64,000 nt of DNA from Desulfatiglandales bacterium (GCA_963662465.1 OY759599.1:288001-352000); one strand, 5' to 3'; shown: positions 31,309 through 42,679, numbered from the stretch's first letter. Numbers and translations are program-made. The notes: generated from the sequence alone by a model not told the origin.

Positions 31309-33213
31309 ATGAGCAAAGTAATCGGAATAGATCTGGGGACCACCAATTCTTGCGTAGCCATCATGGAAGGCGGAGACCCCGTGGTTCTCAACAATGCAGA
31401 AGGCGGACGGACGACGCCATCCATTGTGGCCATCACTGAAAAGGGAGAACGGCTTGTGGGTCAGACGGCCAAACGTCAGGCCACGACCAACCCCGAGAAT
31501 ACCGTATTTGGCGTCAAACGGTTGATCGGGCGAAAATATGATTCAACGGAAGTTCAGAATGACGTCAAGATTTTGCCCTACAAAATTGAAAAGGCCTCCA
31601 ATGGGGATGTTCGCATTAAGATGCGGGGAAAAAATTACAGCCCCGCTGAAATATCGTCCTTTATCTTGAGCAACCTCAAGAAGTCGGCAGAGGCGTATCT
31701 GGGTGAAAAGGTAACCGATGCCGTCATTACCGTGCCGGCTTATTTTAACGACAGCCAGCGACAGGCTACCAAGGATGCCGGAAAAGTTGCCGGGTTAAAT
31801 GTCCTCAGAATTATCAATGAACCCACTGCCGCGTCTCTTGCCTATGGCCTGGACAAAAAGGGAGATGAGAAAGTGGCGGTCTTCGATCTGGGAGGGGGAA
31901 CCTTTGACCTGTCCATCCTTGAACTGGGGGATGGGGTTTTTGAAGTGAAGGCCACCAACGGCGACACCCATCTGGGCGGGGAAGACTTTGACCTCAGGCT
32001 GGTGGATTATCTGGCGGATGAATTTATGAAGGACCAGGGGATTGATCTTCGAAACGACAAGATGGCGTTGCAGCGGCTGAAAGAAGCGGCTGAGAAAGCC
32101 AAAATGGAACTCTCGGGATCTCTTGAAACCAGCGTGAATCTGCCCTTTATTACAGCCGATGCCTCCGGGCCCAAACACCTGGATGTTAAAATTACAAGGG
32201 CCAGGCTGGAAGCCCTTGTGGGTGAATTGCTGGACCGTCTGGAAGGGCCTTGCAGAACCGCTTTAAAGGATGCGGGGTTGAGTCAGGGGGATATTGACGA
32301 AGTGATTCTGGTGGGTGGCATGACCCGTATGCCGGCGGTTCAGGCGCGTGCCAAATCGGTGTTTGGCAAAGAGCCTAACCGGGGCGTTAATCCCGATGAA
32401 GTGGTTGCCTTAGGCGCCGCCATACAGGGCGGGGTCTTGAAAGGGGAGGTCAAGGACGTTTTGTTGCTCGATGTGACGCCTCTTTCACTGGGAATTGAAA
32501 CCCTGGGAGGCGTGATGACCCGGCTTATTGATAAGAACACCACCATTCCCACCAAAAAAAGCCAGGTGTTTTCCACCGCCGAGGATAATCAGCCCGCCGT
32601 TTCCATCCATGTGCTTCAGGGTGAACGGGAGATGGCCGGCAATAACAAAACCCTGGGCCGGTTTGAGCTGGTAGGCATCGCTCCCGCGCCTCGGGGCATG
32701 CCTCAGGTGGAAGTGACCTTTGACATCGATGCCAATGGTATTGTGGAGGTTTCCGCTAAGGACCAGGCCACGGGAAAACAGCAGTCCATTCGCATTACGG
32801 CCGCTTCGGGGTTGTCCAGGGAGGAGATCGACAGCCTGGTGCGAGAAGCAGAGGCGCACGGCGAGGAGGACAGGCGGCAGAAAGCCTTGGTGGAAGCTCG
32901 GAACGGCGCTGATGCCCTGATTTACCAGACGGAAAAATCTCTCTCGGAGTTGGGAGAGCAGGTGCCGTCGGATGTCAGAGGTGAGATCGAGGGCGCCGTG
33001 TCTCAACTCAAGGGCACTCTCAAGGGGGACAACACGGATGAGATTACCCGCTCGGTCGAGGCGTTAAACCAGGCTGCCCAAAAAATGGCGGCCATGCAGC
33101 AGCAGGAGCCCGCGGGCTGCCAGGGGGGGAGCTGTGGTTCCCAGGGAGGCTGTGGCGACTCAGGCTGCCCGGACGATGATGTGGTTGATGCGGAATTCCG
33201 AAATGCAGCGTAA
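31309..33213 (+). CDS. dnaK: Hsp70 chaperone DnaK
   Basis: [31 protein letters not shown]. Confidence 0.97.
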   Translation: MSKVIGIDLGTTNSCVAIMEGGDPVVLNNAEGGRTTPSIVAITEKGERLVGQTAKRQATTNPENTVFGVKRLIGRKYDSTEVQNDVKILPYKIEKASNGDVRIKMRGKNYSPAEISSFILSNLKKSAEAYLGEKVTDAVITVPAYFNDSQRQATKDAGKVAGLNVLRIINEPTAASLAYGLDKKGDEKVAVFDLGGGTFDLSILELGDGVFEVKATNGDTHLGGEDFDLRLVDYLADEFMKDQGIDLRNDKMALQRLKEAAEKAKMELSGSLETSVNLPFITADASGPKHLDVKITRARLEALVGELLDRLEGPCRTALKDAGLSQGDIDEVILVGGMTRMPAVQARAKSVFGKEPNRGVNPDEVVALGAAIQGGVLKGEVKDVLLLDVTPLSLGIETLGGVMTRLIDKNTTIPTKKSQVFSTAEDNQPAVSIHVLQGEREMAGNNKTLGRFELVGIAPAPRGMPQVEVTFDIDANGIVEVSAKDQATGKQQSIRITAASGLSREEIDSLVREAEAHGEEDRRQKALVEARNGADALIYQTEKSLSELGEQVPSDVRGEIEGAVSQLKGTLKGDNTDEITRSVEALNQAAQKMAAMQQQEPAGCQGGSCGSQGGCGDSGCPDDDVVDAEFRNAA

Positions 33214-33259
33214 ATCCTTTCCGGTTTAGAAAACAATTGGTTTAGAAAACAACGGGGGG

Positions 33260-33291
33260 GGCGGTGATTCCATAATCACCGCCTTTTTTTT
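33260..33291 (+). terminator. Rho-independent terminator after dnaK
   Basis: GGCGGTGATT / AATCACCGCC hairpin plus T8. Confidence 0.85.
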
Positions 33292-33297
33292 GATCCC

Positions 33298-34440
33298 CTA
33301 TTCGATTACATCGGTTTTAAAAAACGTCCGGATCTCCGAATCCGAATATCCGAGCTCCAATAGCATCTCTTCAGTGTCGGCGCCTTTCGGTCCCTTGGCC
33401 TTATGGGCTTCTCCGGGGGTTCGGGATAGCCTGGGCGCGGGGGCGGGCTGGGGTACGCCGTCTATGTCGATGATGATGCCCCGTTCTTTATTGTGGGGAT
33501 GTTCCGCTACCTCGTCCAGGTTCAAGACCGGGGCCACGCAGGCGTCTTTTCCCTTAAAAACGGTGGTCCATTGGTCTCTGGTTCTGGTTTTAAAGACTTC
33601 GGCAAAACGTTCTATCATTTCCGGCCACCGGGTCGTATCATATTGGTGGGGCAGAGATGCGGGGTCCAGTTCAAGACCTGCGAGCAGCTCAGCGTAAAAT
33701 CGTTGCTCTATGGGGCCTACGGCCATGAATTGTCCGTCGGCGGTTTCGTAGGTCTGGTAGAAGGGAGCGCCGCCGTCCAGGGAGTTGGTTCCGATATCCA
33801 GCGTCATGAGGTTGTGCGACAGCATGCCGTGGAACATGGCGGTGAGATTGGCGGCGCCGTCAACCATGGCGGCATCGATCACCTGTCCCTTGCCGGAGCG
33901 GTTACGTTCCACCAGGGCCAGCAATATGCCCATGGCGCAGAACAGCGCGCCGCCGGCGAAATCACCCACCAGGTTGACGGGGGGGAGAGGCCTCTCCCCT
34001 TTTCTTCGGATTAGGGAAAGGGCGCCTGAAAGGGCAACATAGTTGATGTCATGCCCTGCCATGGAAGCAAAGGCGCCCGTTTGCCCCCAGCCGGTGAGTC
34101 GGGCGTAGATCAGTTTGGGATTGCGTTTCAGAGCGTCTTCAGGGCCCAGCCCCAGGGCCTCCATCACACCGGGACGATAGGGTTCCAGCAGGACGTCTGA
34201 CGTTTGCATCATCCGCTTCACAATTTCAATGCCGTCTTCCGATTTAAGGTTTACCCGCATGGATCTCTTGCCCCGGTCAAAGGGGCTTTTTTTCATGATG
34301 TAGGGGATCTCGGGTGCGCCTTTGGTCAACCGGTCCACAATGACCACATCCGCCCCGAAATCCGACAACAACATGCCGCAGTAGGGCGACGGGGCCAGGC
34401 CCGCCATTTCAATGACCTTGATGCCGTCTAAGGGTCTCAT
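33298..34440 (-). CDS. CaiB/BaiF CoA-transferase III (alpha-methylacyl-CoA racemase-like)
   Basis: RGKRS, YRPGVME, AGHDINY, GDFAGG. Confidence 0.92.
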   Translation of the reverse strand: MRPLDGIKVIEMAGLAPSPYCGMLLSDFGADVVIVDRLTKGAPEIPYIMKKSPFDRGKRSMRVNLKSEDGIEIVKRMMQTSDVLLEPYRPGVMEALGLGPEDALKRNPKLIYARLTGWGQTGAFASMAGHDINYVALSGALSLIRRKGERPLPPVNLVGDFAGGALFCAMGILLALVERNRSGKGQVIDAAMVDGAANLTAMFHGMLSHNLMTLDIGTNSLDGGAPFYQTYETADGQFMAVGPIEQRFYAELLAGLELDPASLPHQYDTTRWPEMIERFAEVFKTRTRDQWTTVFKGKDACVAPVLNLDEVAEHPHNKERGIIIDIDGVPQPAPAPRLSRTPGEAHKAKGPKGADTEEMLLELGYSDSEIRTFFKTDVIE

Positions 34441-34680
34441 ATTCTTTCCTTCACAAAAAAAACAGGGTTTAGCAACCTTGTTGGGTGAACAACGCAAATC
34501 ATACGGCACATATGAGAATACTGTCAAGGAAAGTGCGTCCACGGAATTTCAAGAGAATATGACGGTCAGGGTTGTAATACGGAAAAACTGAATTAGGTTA
34601 TCCGCTTACCTTGCTGAATCGCGGCGGGGTGTTCTTTTCATAATCGTACAACGTCTGAAAAAGACCCAGGAGATAAAAAA

Positions 34681-35244
34681 ATGACGGACATTTCAGAGAT
34701 CACACTGTACAGCGGCGGCCACAAGGGGACTGAGGCTGAGTTCGGCAAACTTGCCGAGGCCTGGCACATGAAAGAGGTGAATATATCATTTGAAGGGCAC
34801 AATTCCGAGCGTACCCGGGGCGTTTTGATACTGACCCGGGAAGAGCTGCAAAAGGGCGATATCAGCATGGAAATTGTTTCCAAGCTGATGAAACGCAATT
34901 ATTCTCGGACGGATAAAATTCGGAAAATTATACAGTCCCTTTTTCACATGGTCAATAGCGGCTATCACGTTGTTGCGGTCGGGTGGATACAGGAGGACAA
35001 TACCGTCAAGGGGGGAACCGGTTGGGGGGTGGAATTGGCAAAGCTATTCAACCGACCCCTGAGCGTCTATGATCAGGAGCGGAAGGGATGGTTTTCCTGG
35101 GAGAACAACCAATGGGTTGAGAACACGCCCGTGATTGCTTCGGATACGTTCGCCGGCACCGGAACCCGCAACCTTTCCGATGATGGCCGTCAGGCCCTCC
35201 GCGATCTTTTTGTCCGCTCTTTCGGTCCTGAGGCGCAAAAATAA
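34681..35244 (+). CDS. Conserved hypothetical protein, possible SLOG-like fold
   Basis: YSGGHKGTE, GGTGWGV and AGTGTR glycine motifs. Confidence 0.6.
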   Translation: MTDISEITLYSGGHKGTEAEFGKLAEAWHMKEVNISFEGHNSERTRGVLILTREELQKGDISMEIVSKLMKRNYSRTDKIRKIIQSLFHMVNSGYHVVAVGWIQEDNTVKGGTGWGVELAKLFNRPLSVYDQERKGWFSWENNQWVENTPVIASDTFAGTGTRNLSDDGRQALRDLFVRSFGPEAQK

Positions 35245-35332
35245 TGCCGACTGGGGGATACCGCCGTCCGCCGGCGACTGCCGGCGGTTTGTGTTGACCA
35301 GCCCCGGCGGTGTATGCATGTACGGGGAGGAC

Positions 35333-36502
35333 TTATTCAGAGGGCAGCGTTTCCAGCGGTTGGGTCAACAGAAACTCCCCCTTTTCCACCCATCCTTTGA
35401 GAATATTGGCAATTTCCAAAGCCCTCTTATGGCTGGAGATGGGAACAGAGGGTACTTCCCGTCCGTTAACGTGAATGATGCCGCTTTTCAGATCCGCGTA
35501 GCTGACCTGGGCCAGGCTTTTGCCTTCTCCCTTGGGATAATCGTTGCCGTAATCAATGACCTGCGTATAAATATCTTCATCTGAAACGCCCGTGAATTGG
35601 GCCATTTCCGCATCCAGAATGGGGATGGGGATTCCCAGACCCACGGCAAGGGAACAGCCGTACCCCAGCATGCTGACCCCCACAACCCATCGGGGATCCA
35701 TTTCTTTCATGTTGCCGTTCACCATGAGGGTGCCGGCAGGCGTTAACGGCGTGCCGTTTTCGTGCCGTTTGGCATTGGGGTTGTGCTGGGTTCCCGGCGC
35801 AATGACATGCCCCTGAGCGCCGCCCAGGAAAATACGGGTCCCCAGACCGATGGTGCGGTAATAGGGATCATTAAAAAGAGGACTGAGTTCGCCGGCCGTG
35901 GCATAATTGGCATTGCCGCCGTTGGGCTTTAAAATTCCCATATAGGTGTAGATAGTTTTTTGGGTCAGGTTAATGGCGCAGTTGTAGTTTTGATAAGCGT
36001 TCCGAGGGTTGAGCATCATGGCGTAGGGGAGTTCCGAAAGGGTCACTTTTTTCTTCATCTGGGTCTTGGGGTAGCAATCGGTGCCATAGCCGGTGGCGCG
36101 CAGCTCAACTTTTTTGCCCGCTATCAGATCATGGAGTACGTGGCCGCCCCCATATTTGAATTGCCCGGGGTGAACGCCGTTCAAGGGGTCATCTTCCCTG
36201 GGTTCCGTGGCCCCGATATAACAATCCACCGCTGCCACGCCCCCATAAGCGGGGACGTCGTTTACCCAGGTGCGAGAGGCTCTGATGCCGGGCTTGGTGT
36301 GCCCGAAATTAATAAAGGCGCCGGAAGAACACATGGGAGAAAAGGTTCCCGTGGTGACCACATCCACTTCCCGGGCCGCTTTTTCAGCGCCGTTTTTTTT
36401 GACAATGCCGACCATTTCATCGGCTGTGACCACAACGACTTTTCCTTCTTTAATCTTTCGGTTGATATCCTCAATGGTTTTGGAAACCTTTTTTTGTGTC
36501 AT
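35333..36502 (-). CDS. Homocysteine biosynthesis protein (DUF39, aspartate-semialdehyde sulfurtransferase)
   Basis: DVVTTGTFSPMCSSG, RNAYQNY, GELSPLFNDP, GTQH. Confidence 0.85.
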   Translation of the reverse strand: MTQKKVSKTIEDINRKIKEGKVVVVTADEMVGIVKKNGAEKAAREVDVVTTGTFSPMCSSGAFINFGHTKPGIRASRTWVNDVPAYGGVAAVDCYIGATEPREDDPLNGVHPGQFKYGGGHVLHDLIAGKKVELRATGYGTDCYPKTQMKKKVTLSELPYAMMLNPRNAYQNYNCAINLTQKTIYTYMGILKPNGGNANYATAGELSPLFNDPYYRTIGLGTRIFLGGAQGHVIAPGTQHNPNAKRHENGTPLTPAGTLMVNGNMKEMDPRWVVGVSMLGYGCSLAVGLGIPIPILDAEMAQFTGVSDEDIYTQVIDYGNDYPKGEGKSLAQVSYADLKSGIIHVNGREVPSVPISSHKRALEIANILKGWVEKGEFLLTQPLETLPSE

Positions 36503-36743
36503 TGGTAATTGACCTCCCCTGGAAATAAGCAGTCACGCGAAGGCTCACGCCTTGGTAGTAGACTGGAAAAGACAAGAAGGCGCATGATAAGGCTTATTGC
36601 CTTGCATGACAAGAAAAAGTTGTTTTGTTGTTTGGGGGCCTTGGTTTCTTGACTTTCCCAAAGCCTTGCTATAACAATGTCGTCATAAGGTTTTTAGAGA
36701 ACCGTATTTTTGATAACCACTTTTCAGGCTTGTTATTGCCATA

Positions 36744-37568
36744 ATGGGAAAAAATATTAATATAGGAAATCTAACCATCGGCGCAAACGGTCCGTTTTTT
36801 CTGATTGCGGGACCCTGTGTCATTGAAAACGAAGCCGCCACATTGGAAATCGCGGGCTATTTGAAAGCGTTGAGCGAAGACCTCCAACTGCCCATCATTT
36901 TCAAGGCCTCTTACGACAAGGCCAACCGGACTTCCCTGGATTCCTATCGCGGTCCCGGTTTGGAAAAGGGCCTTGATATTCTGCGAAAGGTTAAAACACA
37001 AATCGGGTTGCCGGTTCTGTCGGATGTCCATCGCATCAGCGAGGTGGTGGAAGCGGCCCGGGTTCTGGATGTCATCCAGATCCCCGCCTTTTTATGCCGT
37101 CAGACCGATTTGATCGTGCATGCCTCCCAGTTCGGAATTCCCGTGAACATTAAAAAAGGGCAGTTCATGTCTCCTCTCGAGATGGGGCCGGTCACGGAGA
37201 AAGTGATCGCCGCCGGAAACCGAAACATCTTGATTACGGAGCGGGGAACCTCATTCGGCTACAACAATCTCGTGGTTGATATGAGATCCCTGTCCATTAT
37301 GGAAGCTTTTGGTTTTCCGATTGTCTTTGATGCCACCCACAGTGTGCAGTTGCCGGGCGGCGCGGGAAACTGTTCCGGAGGGCAACGGGAGTTTGTGGCA
37401 TGTCTTTCCAAGGCGGCTGTAGCGGCGGGTGCAAACGGTGTCTTTATGGAAGTGCATCCTGATCCGGATTGCGCGTTGTGTGATGGCCCCAATTCATTGC
37501 CGCTTACAGCGGTAAAACCTCTGGTGGAAATGCTCAAGCGTCTCCATGGTCTGGTTCGGTCGGTGTGA
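36744..37568 (+). CDS. kdsA: KDO8P synthase
   Basis: AGPCVIE, KASYDKANRTS, DATHSVQ. Confidence 0.97.
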   Translation: MGKNINIGNLTIGANGPFFLIAGPCVIENEAATLEIAGYLKALSEDLQLPIIFKASYDKANRTSLDSYRGPGLEKGLDILRKVKTQIGLPVLSDVHRISEVVEAARVLDVIQIPAFLCRQTDLIVHASQFGIPVNIKKGQFMSPLEMGPVTEKVIAAGNRNILITERGTSFGYNNLVVDMRSLSIMEAFGFPIVFDATHSVQLPGGAGNCSGGQREFVACLSKAAVAAGANGVFMEVHPDPDCALCDGPNSLPLTAVKPLVEMLKRLHGLVRSV

Positions 37569-37574
37569 ACGCAT

Positions 37575-38096
37575 ATGGAAGATAAGGCTGCCTGCATAAA
37601 ATTGCTTTTCCTGGATGTTGACGGGGTCCTGACGGACGGCGGCATCACCTTGAATGAAAATGGAGAAGAGCTTAAGACCTTTGATGTCAAAGACGGTTTC
37701 GGATTGAAACTGCTTATGAGGGATGGGGTAGAAGTGGTGATTGTTACCGGCCGCCGGTCTCGGGTGGTTGCCCATCGCGCCGGGGAATTGGGAATCCGCG
37801 AGGTTTATCAAGGGGTTTCCGATAAAGGGGCTCTGTGTAGGCGCTTGATTGCCGAGAAGGGGCTCCAGAAGTTGGAGGTAGGCGCCGTGGGGGATGATCT
37901 GCCGGATCTGGCCATGTTTCGGGAATCCGGTTTTTGCATCACCGTGGCGGATGCCGCCGGGGAAGTTCGAGAACAGGCGGATTTCATCACAAAAAAAAGA
38001 GGGGGTCAAGGCGCTGTAAGGGAGATCTCCGAGTGGATATTAAAGTGCCGCGGACAGTGGCCTAGAATTGCCTTTACAGAACAAAGCAGGGGTTGA
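37575..38096 (+). CDS. kdsC: KDO8P phosphatase (HAD)
   Basis: DVDGVLTDG, GDDLPD, GAVRE. Confidence 0.93.
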   Translation: MEDKAACIKLLFLDVDGVLTDGGITLNENGEELKTFDVKDGFGLKLLMRDGVEVVIVTGRRSRVVAHRAGELGIREVYQGVSDKGALCRRLIAEKGLQKLEVGAVGDDLPDLAMFRESGFCITVADAAGEVREQADFITKKRGGQGAVREISEWILKCRGQWPRIAFTEQSRG

Positions 38097-38115
38097 TATA
38101 CTGCAAAAAGGTTCC

Positions 38116-38700
38116 ATGAGACGTTTTGTAAAAAGACATTGGCCTCTTTTGGGCGTCGGCGTTCTGCTTCTGGTGGTGGCCTTCTATTTCGCAAAAGCCG
38201 GTAAAGATTTTTTTAAAACCACCGCGTTTTTGAAGGACGTTATCTCGGGTGAAGGCGTTAAACTGAAGGATATCCATTACCGCCAGGATGATCCGGATGA
38301 AAAAATCAAATGGGTTCTGGATGCCAAGGAGGTCCGTTTTTCCGAAGACCGGAAGACCATTCGGTTTTTTGATTTCTATCTTGAAGTGAAAACCGAAGGA
38401 CAGCCGGCGTTTTCTCTGCGCGGTAAGAAAGGCATTTATCTTAAGGATAGTGGGAAAATTGAGCTTTGGGGCAACCTGGATGGTTTGTACGGGAAACAAT
38501 ATCGGTTTCTTACGGAGTATGTCGTGATTAACGAAAAGGACGGGATTGTGAGCAATGAAGAACCGCTGGAGATATTCGGCCCATTTTTTACGGTCAAGGG
38601 AACAGGGCTTTTTGCTGACCTGGCGGAGAAAAGGATCAAGGTTCTGTCAAACGTTGTGACAACCCTTAACCGGGAGGGGGAGGCATCGGTGCTGCAATGA
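38116..38700 (+). CDS. lptC: LPS export protein LptC
   Basis: N-terminal TM anchor; position between kdsC and lptA. Confidence 0.8.
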   Translation: MRRFVKRHWPLLGVGVLLLVVAFYFAKAGKDFFKTTAFLKDVISGEGVKLKDIHYRQDDPDEKIKWVLDAKEVRFSEDRKTIRFFDFYLEVKTEGQPAFSLRGKKGIYLKDSGKIELWGNLDGLYGKQYRFLTEYVVINEKDGIVSNEEPLEIFGPFFTVKGTGLFADLAEKRIKVLSNVVTTLNREGEASVLQ

Positions 38701-39251
38701 AACGGCATGCAACTTATCTGGGGTATGGCTTGATGGGGCTCTTTTGGCTCCTGACCTTTTCTGTTCCCGCGATGGCGGCTGATCCTCAGAAGAAGGTTGA
38801 AAAAAAGGGCCAGGGGCCAATGGTGATCAACTCCAGGACCCTGGAAGCCGATGACAAAAAAAAGAGGGTGACCTTCTCGGGCGATGTGGAAGCCAAACGA
38901 GATGATTTTACGGTATTCTGTCAAAATCTGGTGGTGCTTTATGTGAAATCCGACGAGCAAAAAGGCGCAGAGGGGGTTTCGGCTCGTATCGATAAAATTG
39001 TTGCCACGGGCGCCGTCAGGATCGTTCGTGCCGAGGGGGGGGTGGCGACCGGAGAAAAGGCTGTTTATTATCAACAGGATGAAAAACTGGTACTCACGGG
39101 AAAGCCGGTTGTGAAGCAGGGAGAAGATTTTGTTGAAGGGGATGTGATTACCCTTTTCCTGAAAGAGGATCGGAGCATCGTGGAGAGCGACAAGGATAAA
39201 AAGGTCCGGGCCGTCATCTTTCCAAAACAGGAGAAGGGTCAAAAGCCTTGA
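38697..39251 (+). CDS. lptA: LPS transport periplasmic protein LptA
   Basis: Signal peptide, OstA-like pattern (FSGDV, ATGAV, LTGKP). Confidence 0.88.
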   Translation: MKRHATYLGYGLMGLFWLLTFSVPAMAADPQKKVEKKGQGPMVINSRTLEADDKKKRVTFSGDVEAKRDDFTVFCQNLVVLYVKSDEQKGAEGVSARIDKIVATGAVRIVRAEGGVATGEKAVYYQQDEKLVLTGKPVVKQGEDFVEGDVITLFLKEDRSIVESDKDKKVRAVIFPKQEKGQKP

Positions 39252-39982
39252 AGACGGCGTCCCAAATGCTCCAGGCCGAGGGCCTTGTCAAGGCCTATGG
39301 TGGTAAACGGGTCGTGGATCGTGTCAATGTGACGGTCAAGCGGCAGGAGATTGTGGGTCTTCTGGGACCCAACGGGGCGGGAAAAACAACCACTTTTTAC
39401 ATGGTGGTGGGGCTTACGCGGCCGGACGAGGGCCGGATTTTCCTGGACGGCATGGACATTACACAAGATCCCATGTTTAAAAGGGCCAGGAAGGGTGTCA
39501 GCTATTTGGCGCAAGAGCCATCGGTATTCCGGAAACTGACTGTTGAGCAGAATCTTCTTGCCATCCTCGAAATGCTCCATCTGCCTGTACAGGAAAGAAA
39601 AGAACGACTGAAAAGAGGCCTCAGGGAGTTGACGATTGACCACCTGGCTAAACAGAAAGCGATGTCCCTTTCAGGTGGGGAGCGGCGAAGGCTTGAAATA
39701 TCCAGAGCCCTGGTGACTGAACCCAGGTTCATGCTTTTGGACGAACCCTTTGCCGGCATTGATCCTTTGGCCATTAATGATATTCAACAGATTATCCGTC
39801 AGCTGAAAAAACGGGGTTTGGGCGTTATCATTTCAGATCATAATGTACGTGAAACATTGAATGTTTGCGATAAGGCCTATATCATCAATCAGGGACGGAT
39901 CATCGAACAGGGCGCCCCGGATGATATCGTCAAAAGTGATCTGGCCCGGAGCGTTTATCTGGGGGAGAATTTCAATCTCTAA
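39248..39982 (+). CDS. lptB: LPS export ABC ATPase LptB
   Basis: GPNGAGKT, LSGGERRR, DEPFAGIDP, DHNVRET. Confidence 0.96.
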   Translation: MKTASQMLQAEGLVKAYGGKRVVDRVNVTVKRQEIVGLLGPNGAGKTTTFYMVVGLTRPDEGRIFLDGMDITQDPMFKRARKGVSYLAQEPSVFRKLTVEQNLLAILEMLHLPVQERKERLKRGLRELTIDHLAKQKAMSLSGGERRRLEISRALVTEPRFMLLDEPFAGIDPLAINDIQQIIRQLKKRGLGVIISDHNVRETLNVCDKAYIINQGRIIEQGAPDDIVKSDLARSVYLGENFNL

Positions 39983-40013
39983 GTAGTTTCTTTGTGGAAT
40001 TGTTGAATCTATT

Positions 40014-41537
40014 ATGGCGTTAGAACTAAGACAATCTTTAGGCCTCACCCAACAGCTTGTGATGACTCCACAGTTGCAACAGGCCATTAAGCTCTTGCAG
40101 TTGTCGAGGCTTGAACTCCTTGAAACCGTTTCCCAGGAGATGGAGGAAAACCCCATTCTGGAAGAAATGACCCAGGGAGAGATCGATGGGGATGATGGCG
40201 CTGGGGAAAAAAAGGCGGAATCGGCTCAGGAGCTACAGGCATCCCAGGAGAGAAAATCTGAAAATCCTTCAAATGATGATTCCGGGCCGGATCCTGACTC
40301 TGCCTCATTGCCCGAAGTGACCGTGGAAGAACGGGCGCGGGATGATGTGAATTGGGAAAATTATCTCTCGGAGTATAACACCGGGTATTCCGAAGGATTT
40401 TCCGAAGGTCATTATGAAGAAAAAGATGCGCCGTCCTTTGAGAATTTTACGGCCACCAGGACGGATCTTTTCTCACATCTGCTCTGGCAGTTGAACATGA
40501 GCAGTATGGACGATGAACAAAAGGAAATCGGCGCGCATATCATCGGCAACCTGAATGACGACGGCTATTTGGATACCACCCTGGAAGAAATATCCCAGGC
40601 AACGGGCCATACGCTTGATGATGTTGAGGATGTCCTGCAATTCATTCAGAATTTTGATCCCGTGGGCGTAGCGGCGCGGGATACAAAGGAATGCCTGTTA
40701 ATACAGGTCGCATTTCAGAACCTTGAGGGGACTTTGGCTGAGAAGCTCATCAGGGATTACCTCAAGGATTTGGAGGCGAAACGCTACCACCTTATTGCGG
40801 ATCAACTGAGCGTTTCCATCCAGGATATCCTGGTGGCGGTTTCGGCTATTCAAGCGCTGGATCCCAAACCTGGGCGGGTTTATGCGGCTGAGGAAACCAT
40901 CTATGTGACCCCCGACATTTACGTGGCGAAAGTGGGGGACGGTTACGAAATTATTCAAAATGAAGATGGGTTGCCGAAATTAAGAATCAATGCTTACTAC
41001 AAACGTATTTTGAAGAACAAAGGCCAGGTATCCGATGAAACGAAGGCATACATCCAGGAAAAAATGCGCTCCGCTGCATGGTTGATCAAAAGCATTCATC
41101 AGCGTCAAAGGACGCTATATCGGGTTACTGAGAGTATTGTGCGGTTTCAGGGGGAATTCCTTGACAAGGGCATTGCGTATTTGAAACCGCTGGTGCTGAG
41201 GGATGTGGCTGAAGACATCGAAATGCACGAGTCGACGGTCAGCCGGGTCACCACGAACAAGTATGTGCATACACCCCAGGGGCTTTATGAGCTGAAATTT
41301 TTCTTTAACAGTTCCATCAACAGGGTCAATGGGGATGCGCTGGCATCGGAAAGCGTCAAGGAACAAATCCGGAAGCTTATCAAAGCGGAAGACAAAACCA
41401 AGCCTATTAGCGACAAGGGCATTGAAAAGATGATGCGGGACCTTAACATAAGGGTTGCGCGTCGAACTGTGGCTAAATATCGGGAAGCCATGGGAATCCT
41501 GCCATCCAGAAAGAGAAAGGAAATTCAAATAACCTGA
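40014..41537 (+). CDS. rpoN: RNA polymerase sigma-54
   Basis: Q-rich region I, HESTVSR, ARRTVAKYR box. Confidence 0.98.
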   Translation: MALELRQSLGLTQQLVMTPQLQQAIKLLQLSRLELLETVSQEMEENPILEEMTQGEIDGDDGAGEKKAESAQELQASQERKSENPSNDDSGPDPDSASLPEVTVEERARDDVNWENYLSEYNTGYSEGFSEGHYEEKDAPSFENFTATRTDLFSHLLWQLNMSSMDDEQKEIGAHIIGNLNDDGYLDTTLEEISQATGHTLDDVEDVLQFIQNFDPVGVAARDTKECLLIQVAFQNLEGTLAEKLIRDYLKDLEAKRYHLIADQLSVSIQDILVAVSAIQALDPKPGRVYAAEETIYVTPDIYVAKVGDGYEIIQNEDGLPKLRINAYYKRILKNKGQVSDETKAYIQEKMRSAAWLIKSIHQRQRTLYRVTESIVRFQGEFLDKGIAYLKPLVLRDVAEDIEMHESTVSRVTTNKYVHTPQGLYELKFFFNSSINRVNGDALASESVKEQIRKLIKAEDKTKPISDKGIEKMMRDLNIRVARRTVAKYREAMGILPSRKRKEIQIT

Positions 41538-41625
41538 GCGAGGAGAGTAGCGCCATTTGTCAATAGAATGGTTTTTCTGAAAAGGGTGTTTATATTGTTT
41601 ACTCCCAATATCCGGAGGAAATTTC

Positions 41626-42177
41626 ATGGAAATAACGGTAACATTCAGGCATACGGACCCCATAGAGAGTTTGAAGGACTATGCGGAAGAGAAAATTTCA
41701 AAAATAAAGAGATATATCGATGCTCCCTTGGAGGCGCACGTTGTATTAAGCGTAGAGAAATTCAGGCACATTGCCGATGTGACCCTTAGTTTAAATGGCA
41801 CCCGAATCAAGGCGGTTGAAGAAACAGACGATATGTATTCGGCCATCGATCAAGTGATGGACAAGGTCGAAAATCAGGTTAAGAAGCATCTGGGTAAAAT
41901 CAGGAGACATCGCGGAGATGGCGCCAAAGCTGAAGAGGATTCCTTGGTTGCGGCACTGGATGAAGAGATTGAAGACGCGGTTGATATGTTTCAGGGTGAT
42001 TTTTCCATTGAAGTGGAGAAAATGGTTGCAAAGCCCATGGATCCTGAGGAAGCCGCCATGCAACTGGGCCTGCTGCGGCAGGAATTCCTGGTATTTCGAA
42101 ACGCCAAATCGAGAGAAATTAACGTTATCTATAAGAAGGCCGATGGAAACTTCTGTTTGATTGTGCCCGCAGGCTGA
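41626..42177 (+). CDS. hpf: Ribosome hibernation promoting factor (long form)
   Basis: DMYSAID; C-terminal KPMDPEEA domain. Confidence 0.92.
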   Translation: MEITVTFRHTDPIESLKDYAEEKISKIKRYIDAPLEAHVVLSVEKFRHIADVTLSLNGTRIKAVEETDDMYSAIDQVMDKVENQVKKHLGKIRRHRGDGAKAEEDSLVAALDEEIEDAVDMFQGDFSIEVEKMVAKPMDPEEAAMQLGLLRQEFLVFRNAKSREINVIYKKADGNFCLIVPAG

Positions 42178-42217
42178 TGTACTTTTTGGTGAATTGTTCA
42201 ATTTTTTGGTTTATGTA

Positions 42218-42679
42218 ATGAGACTTTCTGAAATTTTAGCTATCGATAACATTATTCCCGAGCTTAAGGCCAAAGACAAGAAGAGTGTTTTAGGAGAGCT
42301 CGCTGAAGTGATCGCCAGATATGACGCTGATATTGATAAAGATGATCTTGTGAAAGTGCTGATTGAACGGGAGCATCTCGGCAGTACGGGCATTGGCGAC
42401 GGCGTTGCTATTCCACATGGAAAACTCAGTTCAGTGACGCAGCCGATGGTGTCCTTTGGCAGGAGCAAAAAGGGACTTGATTTTGATTCCATGGACGGAC
42501 AGCCGGCTTTCCTTTTTTTTCTTCTTCTGGCGCCGGAAAATTCTTCCGGCGTTCACCTGCAGGTCTTGACCAAGATTGCGAGAATTTTAAAAAGCAGCAC
42601 TTTTAGGAAAGAATTAATGAACGTGGGTAGTCGAGAGGAAATTTACCAAACCATTATTCAAACGGATGGAGATACCTGA
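42218..42679 (+). CDS. ptsN: PTS IIA nitrogen-regulatory protein
   Basis: RE.LGSTGIGDGVAIPHG. Confidence 0.9.
   Translation: MRLSEILAIDNIIPELKAKDKKSVLGELAEVIARYDADIDKDDLVKVLIEREHLGSTGIGDGVAIPHGKLSSVTQPMVSFGRSKKGLDFDSMDGQPAFLFFLLLAPENSSGVHLQVLTKIARILKSSTFRKELMNVGSREEIYQTIIQTDGDT

Noticed and set aside
33223..33252. Direct repeat GGTTTAGAAAACAA x2
   Set aside because: Short local duplication before a terminator; no evidence of function.
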